Below, piece by piece: positions 9,209 to 18,248 of a stretch of 64,000 nucleotides of DNA. Every line of letters begins with the position of its first letter. Position 1 is the first letter of the stretch. Origin of the DNA: Deferrisomatales bacterium (GTDB lineage Bacteria > Desulfobacterota > Deferrisomatia > Deferrisomatales > JACRMM01). Below the pieces are notes generated by a model. It worked only from the letters and a program-made list of their open reading frames with translations, was not told where the DNA came from and did no database searches. Position numbers and translations under genes: made by a program. The DNA lies in NCBI GenBank assembly GCA_033551855.1, contig JAWSUI010000003.1:32001-96000 (forward strand). Reading direction: 5' to 3'.

Positions 9209-9838
9209 GTGCCTGCGAGAGGAGACGCAGCAGGAAGGACGCCGTTCCGAGCGGCACCGGCGAGACCTCCACAGAAACCCGGCTCCCGCGGTGCGGCCTG
9301 GGTCGCAGACCACGCAGACGCCCTCTTCCGCTACGCGTCGAGCCGGGTCGGAGATCGGGAAACCGCCCTGGACCTGGTGCAGCAGTCTCTCGCCGCGGCC
9401 CTGGCCTCCGCCACGGCGTACCGCGGGGCGGCGGCCCCCCGGACGTGGCTGATCGGCATCCTGCGCCACAAGATCGCCGACCACTTTCGCGACCGATCGA
9501 GGATGGCGGGGAGCCTGGATGCTTCCGACGAAGGCGCGTGGTTCGACGGCTCCGGGCGCTGGCGGGCCTCGGCGGGGGAGCCCGGGCCAGGGCCGGCGGC
9601 CCAACTGGACCGGAGCGCGTTCCGGCAGGCGCTTTCCGAGTGCCTGCGGAACCTGCCGCCGCGGCAGGCGAGCGCCTTCGTCCTCCGGGAGATGGAGGGG
9701 ATCCCGACCCCGGAGCTGTCCGCCCTGCTCGGCACCACCCCAGACAACCTCTGGGTTCTTCTGCACCGGGCTCGGCTGGCTCTGCGCTCACAGCTCGCGC
9801 GCAGGGGGTTCGGCGCCGGGGATCTCTCGGGGCAATGA
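9209..9838 (+). CDS. ECF sigma-70 factor (copy 1)
   Basis: HADALFRYA..DLVQQ..TWLIGILRHKIADHFR..FVLREMEG..NLWVLLHRAR; start uncertain. Confidence 0.85.
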   Translation: MPARGDAAGRTPFRAAPARPPQKPGSRGAAWVADHADALFRYASSRVGDRETALDLVQQSLAAALASATAYRGAAAPRTWLIGILRHKIADHFRDRSRMAGSLDASDEGAWFDGSGRWRASAGEPGPGPAAQLDRSAFRQALSECLRNLPPRQASAFVLREMEGIPTPELSALLGTTPDNLWVLLHRARLALRSQLARRGFGAGDLSGQ

Positions 9839-9869
9839 CGGCCCTCAGACCGCTGGGACCGGCGCTGCC

Positions 9870-10084
9870 TCATCCGTTCAGGCCCCAGTCGTAGGCCGCA
9901 TACGCCACCGCCAGGCGGTCCCCTTCCGTCTCGAGGAAGGCGCGCTTTCCCGGATCGAGCAGATGCCGGCGGACGAAGTCGAGCACCCCGGCACGGCCCC
10001 CGAAATCCGCCTGGTACCACTCGAAGATGCGCGACAACCTCACGACGTCCTCCCTGCGTGGGGCGAGACCCTCGGCCCCCTGCG
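9870..10084 (-). pseudogene. C-terminal remnant of a DUF547-family gene
   Basis: VRLSRIFEWYQADFGG..VLDFVRRHL..YAAYDWGLNG matches the DUF547 C-terminus. There is no start or N-terminal part, and the frame differs from the upstream gene. Confidence 0.65.
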
Positions 10085-11002
10085 TCAGGGCTCGGGCGAG
10101 AACCGCTCGGTCCCCGGGTGAATTCCCTTCCAGACGAACCAGTACGTCACGGTGGGGACGAGCTCGGTGCCGTCCCCGATGCGGGCGGTCAGGCGGTCCG
10201 TCTCGGGCTCGTGGCGCAGGGTCACGGTCTGCCCGTCCAGATGGTCGCGCACCTCGCCCCTGCGCCGGAGCTCCGCCACCGGGTAGGCCTTGGTGCGCCC
10301 GTTCCACTCCACTCCCGCCACAAGCTCCTTCTCCTCCTCCCCGGGGCCCGGAGCGAAGCGCGAGAACAAGCCGCGGCGGCTGCGGTAGTAGTCCTCGTAG
10401 GGGTCCTTGTCGTAGTCGCGAACGTGCCCGGTCTCGAGGCTCAGTACGGCGGTCTCCGGATGCCGACGGCGCCACTTTTCCCACGTGGTGACCGTGGACC
10501 CCAGTGCCCGCAGCCGGGTCCCGGTGCGGGGTCCCGTCACCGCCTCGCGCTTCACCTGCGACCAAAGGGACTCGGTCTGGTGGTCGTACATCAAGACATT
10601 GGAGTTCCACAAGAGCCCCGAGACGCCGAACGTATAGGTCTGGTCCCCGATCTCCCGGGCGTACACGACGCCCGCAAAGGACAGCGGTCACCAGCTCACC
10701 AGGGCCGGCACACCCCCCACCCGGTCGTTGACCAGCTCGTGCCAGGAGAGGATTCGAATCGGGTAGGCCCGAGCCTCGCCCCGGTGGACAAACCCGAGGA
10801 CGCGGTCGTCCGGCTTCAGGAACCCGGCTTCCGCTGCCGGGACGAACTTCGGGTCGAGCAGCGCCGGGATGCCGTCCCGGGGCGGCCCGCCGGAGAGGAT
10901 CTCCTCCAGGGGGATGCTGTGGCGGCTCAGGTCCCAGGCAGCGGCGGGAGCAGCGACCGCCAGGGCGGCGAGGACGGCGAGGGCGGCGGCGATTCGGGTC
11001 AT
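10085..11002 (-). CDS. DUF3179-family secreted selenoprotein, Sec at TGA 10688-10690
   Basis: ORFs 10688..11023 and 10085..10666 are in one frame: GGPPRDGIPAL..WHELVND..LVSW-U-PLSFAG..FGVSGLLWNSNVLMYD..SLWSQ. The family motif is CPLC; signal peptide present. Confidence 0.88.
10656..10674 (-). promoter_or_regulatory. Candidate SECIS hairpin of the DUF3179 gene
   Basis: CGGGCGT-CGTGT-ACGCCCG, starting 13 nt after the TGA. Confidence 0.7.
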
Positions 11003-11121
11003 GGTTCTCCTCCCTTCTTCCAAGGAGTCGCCGGTTCGGCCGAAACCTTACAGGGGAGGGAGGAGGCGGGCGCCCCGGCGGCCGCGCACCCGAGGGCCGG
11101 CCGCCGGGTCTGTTCCTGTAA

Positions 11122-11604
11122 CTACTTCAGCGGCCCGATGAACAGATAGTCGTTGTCCGCCACTCGAGAATGGCAGCCCAGGCACATGCCCTCCTTGCCC
11201 TCCTCGTCCACCTTCCCATCGGGGGCGTACTTGGCCCAGAACCAGTCGCCCCCGGCCGGGTTGTAGCCCTGCACCTTGTACATGACGGTGACGGCCGCGA
11301 GCGTCTTGTCGGGCATGTAGTTCTCCTTCACCACGATGGCACCCGCCGGCATGGTGCCCTTCTTGCCCTCGATGGCACCCAGCGCCGCGCCGTTCACGTA
11401 GGTCGTCAGCAGCACCCCGTGGGGCTCCGTGCCCGGGTAGAGGGCGCTCTTTCCCGGCCACATCTTCCAGGACGTGTAGTTTTCGGCCTTGAGGTGCTTC
11501 CAGAGGGCGGCGCCCGAAGCCTCGGGGCCGGCCCAGGCGGCCGAGCCCGCGGCCAGCACGCCTGCACACAGGGAAACCGTGAGCCACGCCAGTCTTCTCT
11601 TCAT
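11122..11604 (-). CDS. Cytochrome P460-family periplasmic monoheme c protein
   Basis: Signal peptide; YVN, GAIVVKENY, VMYK, GDWFWAKY; C-terminal CLGCH..DYLF. Confidence 0.85.
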   Translation of the reverse strand: MKRRLAWLTVSLCAGVLAAGSAAWAGPEASGAALWKHLKAENYTSWKMWPGKSALYPGTEPHGVLLTTYVNGAALGAIEGKKGTMPAGAIVVKENYMPDKTLAAVTVMYKVQGYNPAGGDWFWAKYAPDGKVDEEGKEGMCLGCHSRVADNDYLFIGPLK

Positions 11605-11723
11605 GGGCTGCTCCTTTCCCGGGGCCATCGCCCCGGCGGTTGTGGGCCTTCGGCCCGAGAACGAATACCACAGTCTCGGGATTCGTCGAGTCCCGCGGCT
11701 GTGAATGGCGAGCGACACGCGAC

Positions 11724-12598
11724 TCAGGACGCCGCCTCCCGGTGGTCGTGAGGAATGAGGCCCGCCGAGAGCCCCGGGCGCGTCAGGCCGCCCCCGTCGA
11801 GCCACGCGCCGGTGGACTCCCGGGCCCGCCCCATCAGCTCTGCAGTGCGGGTGAAGTCGTAGGAGGAGACGTCGAGGGGGCACAGGGACGGCACGACGAA
11901 CACCTCGGTGCGGGACGCGGCCCATGCCACGTCGCGGACGAGCTGGTGGGCGATCAGCAGGTTGAGGGCGTGGAGCGCGATGGCCAGGACGTCGTGCGGG
12001 GGGTGGGGCGCGGCACAGGTGAAGCCCGTCGGCAGCACGATGACCCGGCCCGCTCCCGCGTCCACGGCCGCGTGGATTGGCGTGTTGCTGGCGATTCCCC
12101 CGTCCATCAGGTCGTGGATCCCGATGCGCACGGGCGGAAACAGCCGGGAATAGCCGCGCTGGCCAGGAGGGCGTCGGCCGCGGACCCGGACGTGAGCCGG
12201 ACCTCCGTTCCACCCAGCAGGTCGGTGGCGATGACCGTGCACGGGATCGTCGCGTCTTCGAGGCGGCGCAACGGCAGGGCGCCTGCGATCAGTCTGCGCA
12301 GAGAACCGGGGTCGAGCAGGGCGTCCCGGCCGAACAGGAACCGGTACAGAGCCCGCAGACGCGCCAGGGGAAACACGTCTTCGCGCCGAACCCGGGCCCA
12401 CACGGCCTTGAGCCGCTGCACGCCGGCCAAGGTGGGCTCGGCCGCGAAATGGGCCGCGCTGAGGGCGCCCACGGAGGACCCGACCACCAGGCCGGCTCCG
12501 ACGCCGTGCTCCAGCAGCACCTGGAGCATGCCCACCTGCACGGCTCCGAGGCTGCCTCCCCCGGCCAGGACGAACGCGGTCTTCGTGGGTATGGACAA
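11724..12598 (-). pseudogene. Patatin-like phospholipase, frameshifted near 12144
   Basis: GGGSLG and GSSVG..ASAAIPG in one frame; LFPPVRIG..DGGIASNTP in another. One base appears to be missing. Confidence 0.75.
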
Positions 12599-12822
12599 GG
12601 GCGACTCCCGTAAGACCGGTGATCTACGCGCCGGCGCGCAGGGCGCACCCGGGCGCTTCCGGCACCGCATCTGCCAAGTAGTCGCACGGCGAACCCATTC
12701 GTTTCACCGAACGCCAGGCGCGCGGAAGGGAGTCGGCCGGAGACCGAGAACCGGGAGAACGAAGCCGGGGGGGGAAGCGAAGGAAAACAGGGGGAGACGC
12801 CCGCGGCGCGGGGCGAAGGCTC

Positions 12823-13086
12823 TCAGCTCCCCTCGGAGGCGAGTGTCCGCAGGAGCGCGTCCTTTTCCTCGGGGGTCAGGCCGAGAACCTCTCCGGCCTC
12901 AGGATGCAGGAGCCGGCCGAGCTCCTCGCGCAGGAGCGCGCGCAGCGACAGGAGCTGCCGTCGGTACTCCGAGCAGCGGGGGCACATCCCCAGGTGCAGC
13001 GCCAGAGGCAGCCGCTCCAGGATCTTCAGGGGGGCGTCCAGGCTCTTCGAGACCAATTGGGCCGCCTCGCGGCACCGGAGCATCAT
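12823..13086 (-). CDS. zf-HC2 anti-sigma factor
   Basis: MMLRCREAAQLVS..LHLGMCPRC (HxxxCxxC); ATGA overlap with the ECF sigma stop. Confidence 0.85.
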   Translation of the reverse strand: MMLRCREAAQLVSKSLDAPLKILERLPLALHLGMCPRCSEYRRQLLSLRALLREELGRLLHPEAGEVLGLTPEEKDALLRTLASEGS

Positions 13087-13700
13087 GGGGTCTCCTTTCC
13101 TCCCCCGAACCCGCTCCGCTCGAGACACGCCCGCAGGGCCAGGCGCGCCCGGTGGAGCAGGACCCAGATATTCGTCGGGGTGGTCGCGAATTCCTTGCAG
13201 AGCTCTTCCGTGGAGAGCCCTTCCAACTCCCGCAGCACGAAGAGACTGGCCCGCCGCGGAGAAAGCCGGCGCAGGCAGAGTTGCAATGCCTGCCGAAATC
13301 GTTTCCGGTCGAGTGCGTCGCCGGGGTCGAAGGGCCAGGGTCCAGGGGGCACCCGCCACCGGCCGCCGCCGTCAAAGAGGTCCTCCTCGGGGTCTGCCGC
13401 CGAGGCTTCCGGGGTCTGCGCGGCGCGCCGGAAGTGGTCGGCGATCTTGTGGCGTAGCACGCCGATCAGCCAGGTCCTCGGGCTCGAGCGCCCCTCGAAG
13501 CCGGCGCCCTTCACGAGGGCCAAGAACGTCTCCTGGACGACGTCGCGTGCGGTCTCCCGGTCCCCCACCCGCGAGAGCGCATAACGGAACAAATCATCTG
13601 CGTGCTCCGCCACCCAGCGCGCCACGTCGGTCCCGCTTGCCGGCTCCACCCTTGCAAGCGCCCCGGATTCCGGGGCGGCCGTCTCCCTTCCATCATCCAT
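13083..13700 (-). CDS. ECF sigma-70 factor (copy 2)
   Basis: HADDLFRYALSRV..DVVQETFL..TWLIGVLRHKIADHFR..NIWVLLHRARLALR; start uncertain. Confidence 0.88.
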   Translation of the reverse strand: MDDGRETAAPESGALARVEPASGTDVARWVAEHADDLFRYALSRVGDRETARDVVQETFLALVKGAGFEGRSSPRTWLIGVLRHKIADHFRRAAQTPEASAADPEEDLFDGGGRWRVPPGPWPFDPGDALDRKRFRQALQLCLRRLSPRRASLFVLRELEGLSTEELCKEFATTPTNIWVLLHRARLALRACLERSGFGGGKETP

Positions 13701-13912
13701 GCGTGCACCGTACAGGACGCGTACCCACGTCGGCAAGTGCCCGGCCACTCGGGAGAGTCCCAGCGCAGGCGCCTTCTCGTGGGACCCGGAAGGGGGACCG
13801 TTCGGCTCGGCGCCGCCCAGGCCGGGCGAGAGGGAACCCTGACCCGGGGGATGTCGAGGCACGGGCGGGACCTGGATTCCCCGCCTGGCCGGCAAGCGGG
13901 GTCCGGGAGCCC

Positions 13913-16009
13913 CTACGTTTCGCCCCGCAATCCGCGGCCATTCGAAGAGGTGTCCCCGCGGACCTCGATACGGCGGGCTTCACCCGTTTGCGCCGGAAGC
14001 GGCCGGTCGGTCGATACGGCACGGGGCGGGTCTTCGGGCCTCCCGGACCCCGGCCCAAGATCAAGGTGCGGGTTCTGGGGAACCCCATCGACCCCGCCTT
14101 CCTCGAAGAACGACGCCACGTCCTCCCGGCGGCGGGTGCGGGGGAAGGGGGGGAGGCTGTCCAGGAGGAACCGGCCGTAGGACCTCTCGAGGAGCCGCCG
14201 GTCGAGGATCGCCACCACGCCCCGATCGGTGGTGCGGCGGAGGAGCCTCCCCACCCCCTGCCGGAGCGCCATGGCGGCAGCCGGGAGTTGGTAGGAGGAG
14301 AAGGGGGACTCACCCAGGGCCCTGGCCCGCTCGATCCGCGCCTCGACGAGGGGCTCGGTGGGAGTGGCGAACGGGAGCTTGTCGATGATGACGGCGGAGA
14401 GGGCCTCCCCGGGCACGTCGACCCCTTCCCAGAAGGACTGGGCCCCCAGGAGCACCGAGTGGGTGTCGCGCCGGAAGGCCTCCAGGAGCACCTCCCGGGG
14501 GGCCTGCCCCTGGACCAGGAGGGGGTAGGGAACCCGTGCGGCAAGGACCTCGGCCACGGCGCGCAGCACCCGGTGAGAGGTGAACAGGCAAAAGGCCCGG
14601 CCGCCCGTGGCCCGGAGCAGGGTGGCGATCTCCTCGGCCGCCGTCTCGGGGAAGGATGGGTTCCCCGGATCGGGCATCCGGGCGGGCACGTAGAGCAGCC
14701 CCTGCCGGGCGAAGTCGAAGGGGCTCGGGACCGCCACCTCCCGGGCGCCCTCCGGAATTCCCAGGCGGGCGGACAGATAGGCGAAGCTCCCCCCCGCCCG
14801 CAGCGTCGCCGAGGTGAGGACCACCGGCAACGGGCCCGAGAAGACCCTCGCCTGCAGGTGGGTGCCGATCTCCACCGGGGCGGCGTGGAGGGTGGCGGCG
14901 CGCCCCCGGGACGCGACCCAGCGCACCTCGCCCGCTTCGGGTTCCGTGGCGAAGCGGGCCAGGTCCTCTCGCAACTCCCGGCTGCGCCGGAAGAGGGCCT
15001 CCCACTCCTGACTCGCCGCCTGCCGCGGTGCCAGGCGGTCGATCCAGTGCGCCAGGGTATCGAGGAGTTCCGCCAGGGCCTCCCGGGCCTCCCCTTCCAG
15101 GGTGCCCCGCAACCGCAGGGGGACCTCGCCCCGCGGGAGGCTCGACCACAGCCTGTCGGAGGCCTCGGCTACAGCAGAGAGCGCCTGGGCCAGGGGGCCG
15201 TCGCTGCCGCCCAGGGCCCCGGCGGCGTCGCGGGTGAAGTCCGCCAAACGGTGGGAGCCCACGCGGGACCCGAAGTATTGGGTCGCAACCGGCTCCAGGT
15301 GGTGCGCCTCGTCGAAGACCACCGCCTCGTAGCGGGGCAGCACTTCCCCCGCCGAGGAGGAGCGCACGGCGAGGTCGGCGAAAAAGAGGTGGTGGTTGAC
15401 CACGACCACCTGGGCCCGCTGGGCGGCGCGGCGGTGGGCACCCAGGTGGCACGGTTCCTCCCGGGGGCACTTCGCGCCCCAGCACGTCTCGGAGGTGGAG
15501 CAGATCTCCCGCCAGGGGCCGAAGTCGTCGGGAAGGTCGGCGAGCTCCGCCCGGTCCCCGGTGCGGGTCGCCCCGGCCCACGCCTCGAGGCGGGCGTACA
15601 GACGTGCCTCGGCGGCGAAGCGGAAGAGGGGCTGCGCCCGGAACCTCTCGAAGCGCCGCAGGCACAGGTAGTTCTGGCGTCCCTTGAGGAGGGCGACGGG
15701 AACCGAGCGCCCCAGGGCGGTGGCCAGGAGCGGGACGTCCTTTTGCAGGATCTGGGACTGGAGGGTCTTGGTGGCCGTGCTGACCACGACCTTCTTCCCC
15801 CCCAGGAGTGCCGGCACAAGGTAGGCCAGCGTCTTTCCGGTGCCCGTGCCGGCCTCCGCGAGAAGCACCCCGCCCTCCTGGAGGGTGCCGTACACGGCTT
15901 GTGCCATGGCCGCCTGCCCGGGCCGGGCCTCGTAGCCCGGCAGACACCGAGCGAGGGGCCCGGCCGGACCGAAAAACCCCTGGACCCCCTCCCCGCCTCG
16001 GCTCGTCAC
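13913..16009 (-). CDS. DinG/YoaA family ATP-dependent helicase
   Basis: YEARPGQ, EAGTGTGKT, KGRQNYLC, Fe-S cysteines, DEAHH, SFWEGVDV, QGVGRLLR; start estimated. Confidence 0.92.
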   Translation of the reverse strand: MTSRGGEGVQGFFGPAGPLARCLPGYEARPGQAAMAQAVYGTLQEGGVLLAEAGTGTGKTLAYLVPALLGGKKVVVSTATKTLQSQILQKDVPLLATALGRSVPVALLKGRQNYLCLRRFERFRAQPLFRFAAEARLYARLEAWAGATRTGDRAELADLPDDFGPWREICSTSETCWGAKCPREEPCHLGAHRRAAQRAQVVVVNHHLFFADLAVRSSSAGEVLPRYEAVVFDEAHHLEPVATQYFGSRVGSHRLADFTRDAAGALGGSDGPLAQALSAVAEASDRLWSSLPRGEVPLRLRGTLEGEAREALAELLDTLAHWIDRLAPRQAASQEWEALFRRSRELREDLARFATEPEAGEVRWVASRGRAATLHAAPVEIGTHLQARVFSGPLPVVLTSATLRAGGSFAYLSARLGIPEGAREVAVPSPFDFARQGLLYVPARMPDPGNPSFPETAAEEIATLLRATGGRAFCLFTSHRVLRAVAEVLAARVPYPLLVQGQAPREVLLEAFRRDTHSVLLGAQSFWEGVDVPGEALSAVIIDKLPFATPTEPLVEARIERARALGESPFSSYQLPAAAMALRQGVGRLLRRTTDRGVVAILDRRLLERSYGRFLLDSLPPFPRTRRREDVASFFEEGGVDGVPQNPHLDLGPGSGRPEDPPRAVSTDRPLPAQTGEARRIEVRGDTSSNGRGLRGET

Positions 16010-16310
16010 GGGGCCACCGGGGAGTCCCCGGTCCGTGAGGCGGGCCCCGCCGCGCGGAACCCGCCAACCCTCGGGAAAGGGTGCGAGACGCCAGGAGCAC
16101 AGCCCCTTGCCGGCACGACCGAGCCGCGGGCCCCGAGGAAGAACCGCGAGGAGCGGCGCGGAAGGCCGCCGGAGCGACTGGGTCTCGAGCAGCCGCAGAT
16201 TTCGGGCCGCGGCCCGGGGGCGTCGGGTTTCCCCTGTCGGCTGGGAGGGGCGATGCAGGCCACGGTGACTCCTTGTTGCGGCGCGTTCGCGGCGTCTAGA
16301 ATGCCGTCCC

Positions 16311-17057
16311 ATGAAGATTCGAGCGGACCTGCACGTGCACACCGTGGCCAGCGGCCACGCCTTCTCCACTGTGGAAGAGATCGCCCGGGAGGCAGCCGCG
16401 CGGAAGTTGCGTGCGGTGGGGATCTCCGACCACGGCCCGGCCCTGCCCGGAGGTCCCCACATCAACTACTTCCGCGCCCTGCGCTTCCTGCCCCCCTTCC
16501 TCCGCGGGGTTCGCCTCCTCAAGGGGGTGGAGGCGAATCTCCTGGACCGCAAGGGGCGCCTCGACCTGCCCCCGGAGCTCCTGGAGCAGCTCGACTACGT
16601 GATGGTTGGATTTCACGAGGGATGCGGCCTCAAACCTTCCACCACCGCGGGGAACACGGGGGCCCTGGTGGCCGCGATGCAGCGGCCCGGGGTGCGGGTG
16701 CTGACCCACCCGGGAAACCCCGGGTTTCCGGTGGACATCTCCGCGCTGGCCCAGGCGGCCTGCGAGTTGGGGGTCGCCCTGGAGATCAACAACTCTTCCT
16801 TTGGTCGGTCCCCGACACGCCAGGGGAGCCTGGAGCGCTGTTCCGCCCTCGCGGCGGCGGTGGCACGCGTGGGCGGCCCGATCGCTCTGTCGTCCGATGC
16901 CCACGTGGCCGGCCAGGTCGGAGAGGTGCACGACGCCTGGCGGGTGGCCTCGGCGGCCGGCATCCGCCCCGAACAGGTGGTCAACCGCACCTACAGCGGT
17001 CTCATGCGCTTCCTGGGCCTCGATGCCGAGGACGCGGCGGAGGCCCCGGTCCCCTAG
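16311..17057 (+). CDS. PHP-domain phosphatase (YcdX-like)
   Basis: DLHVHTVASGHAFST, SDHGP, HPGNP, EINNSS, SDAH. Confidence 0.9.
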   Translation: MKIRADLHVHTVASGHAFSTVEEIAREAAARKLRAVGISDHGPALPGGPHINYFRALRFLPPFLRGVRLLKGVEANLLDRKGRLDLPPELLEQLDYVMVGFHEGCGLKPSTTAGNTGALVAAMQRPGVRVLTHPGNPGFPVDISALAQAACELGVALEINNSSFGRSPTRQGSLERCSALAAAVARVGGPIALSSDAHVAGQVGEVHDAWRVASAAGIRPEQVVNRTYSGLMRFLGLDAEDAAEAPVP

Positions 17058-17074
17058 CCACGGGAAGGGGGGCA

Positions 17075-17257
17075 TCAGCCACCGGGGGACTCCTCCAGGT
17101 GGGTCACCCGATCCCACGGGATCTCCAGCATGCCGGTGGGAGAGCGCAGCACCAGCGCCTCCTCGCCCATCTCCACCACGATGCCTCGGTACTCCACTCC
17201 AGAGGCCGTTACCCGCACCTGCGTACCCCGCAGCCTGCGCCACTCCGTCACGCGCAC
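17075..17257 (-). CDS. Small hypothetical protein, possible Sm/LSm-like beta fold
   Basis: SD GGGAGG; LRGTQVRV..YRGIVV..LVL..EIPWDRV pattern. Confidence 0.6.
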   Translation of the reverse strand: MRVTEWRRLRGTQVRVTASGVEYRGIVVEMGEEALVLRSPTGMLEIPWDRVTHLEESPGG

Positions 17258-17324
17258 CTCCCCTCCCCGGTCGGTTTCCCTTGGGCCCTGCCAACGGGTG
17301 ACCGCGGAGCTTCCGCCCGGGCCG

Positions 17325-18248
17325 TCACTCCTCGATCCAGTCCACGAGCTCCACGGTGCGTTGGGCCCGGTCGCGCTGCAGCACCGCTCGGGCGATCCGC
17401 ACCACCGGGTTCTGCGCCGCGGCCGGCACGTCCGCCGCCAGGAGGACCCGGAACCGGGCGCTCTCCACTTTCAGGTTCTGGCTCACGGCCGCGAAGTTCG
17501 CGACCCCGGAAAACGCGGCGTGGGTGCGGAGATCCCCAACCCGCTCCGCGTGCTGCTCCCCCAGCTCCTCGTAGAGCAGCTCGGCCTCGTCCCGCCGGAT
17601 GGCCTCGTGGAGGCTCAGCAGGACCGGTACCGTCGCGGTGTTGACGTTGATGCCCCTGTCCGACCGGATGTCCACGTGGGGCAGGAGGCCGTGGAGCACC
17701 TCCCACGTGTACCCCTCCACCCGGCCCAAGTCCTCCAGGTGGTCCAAAGGCGCGTTGGGCACGGTGAACTCCGGGTTGATCTCGTAGGGGCCCTCCTGGT
17801 CCTCGTCCATCCAGTCCACAAGGGCGTCCACGAGGTCCGCGGGAGCGGCACCCTCCAGCTCCAGGGCGTCGAGCAGCCGCCGGTAGGCCGCGACCTGGGT
17901 CGGGACGGCCCTGCCGCGAGCATCGACGAGCGACCCCAGGGGAAACCTTCCATCCAGGTCTTCGACCGAGACGGACAGGGTTCCCTCCCCCAAGGGGACG
18001 GGGGGAATCGGCTGACTCCACAGCTCCGCCCGGTGGTCCACCGCGCTCTCTTCGGCATCCGCGAGGAGGAACGCCGAGGCCACCGTGACCCCGGAGCGCA
18101 GCAGCGCGTGGGCCTGCAAGGCATCGCGCAGGTTGACCGAGGACCGGAGCTTCAGCCGCGCCTCCCGCTGGAATTCGACCACCAGCACGGCCAGGAGGCT
18201 GATGAGGAGCACCACGAGAAGGAGCGCCGCCCCGCGCTGCCCCCTCAC
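17325..18248 (-). CDS. gspK: T2SS minor pseudopilin GspK
   Basis: QRGAALLLVVLL, DALVDWMDED, INVNTA; operon position. Confidence 0.9.
   Translation of the reverse strand: MRGQRGAALLLVVLLISLLAVLVVEFQREARLKLRSSVNLRDALQAHALLRSGVTVASAFLLADAEESAVDHRAELWSQPIPPVPLGEGTLSVSVEDLDGRFPLGSLVDARGRAVPTQVAAYRRLLDALELEGAAPADLVDALVDWMDEDQEGPYEINPEFTVPNAPLDHLEDLGRVEGYTWEVLHGLLPHVDIRSDRGINVNTATVPVLLSLHEAIRRDEAELLYEELGEQHAERVGDLRTHAAFSGVANFAAVSQNLKVESARFRVLLAADVPAAAQNPVVRIARAVLQRDRAQRTVELVDWIEE

Noticed and set aside
10085..10087. Sec read-through fusing DUF3179 to the DUF547 remnant
   Set aside because: The remnant is in a different frame, and read-through meets a stop within about 12 codons.
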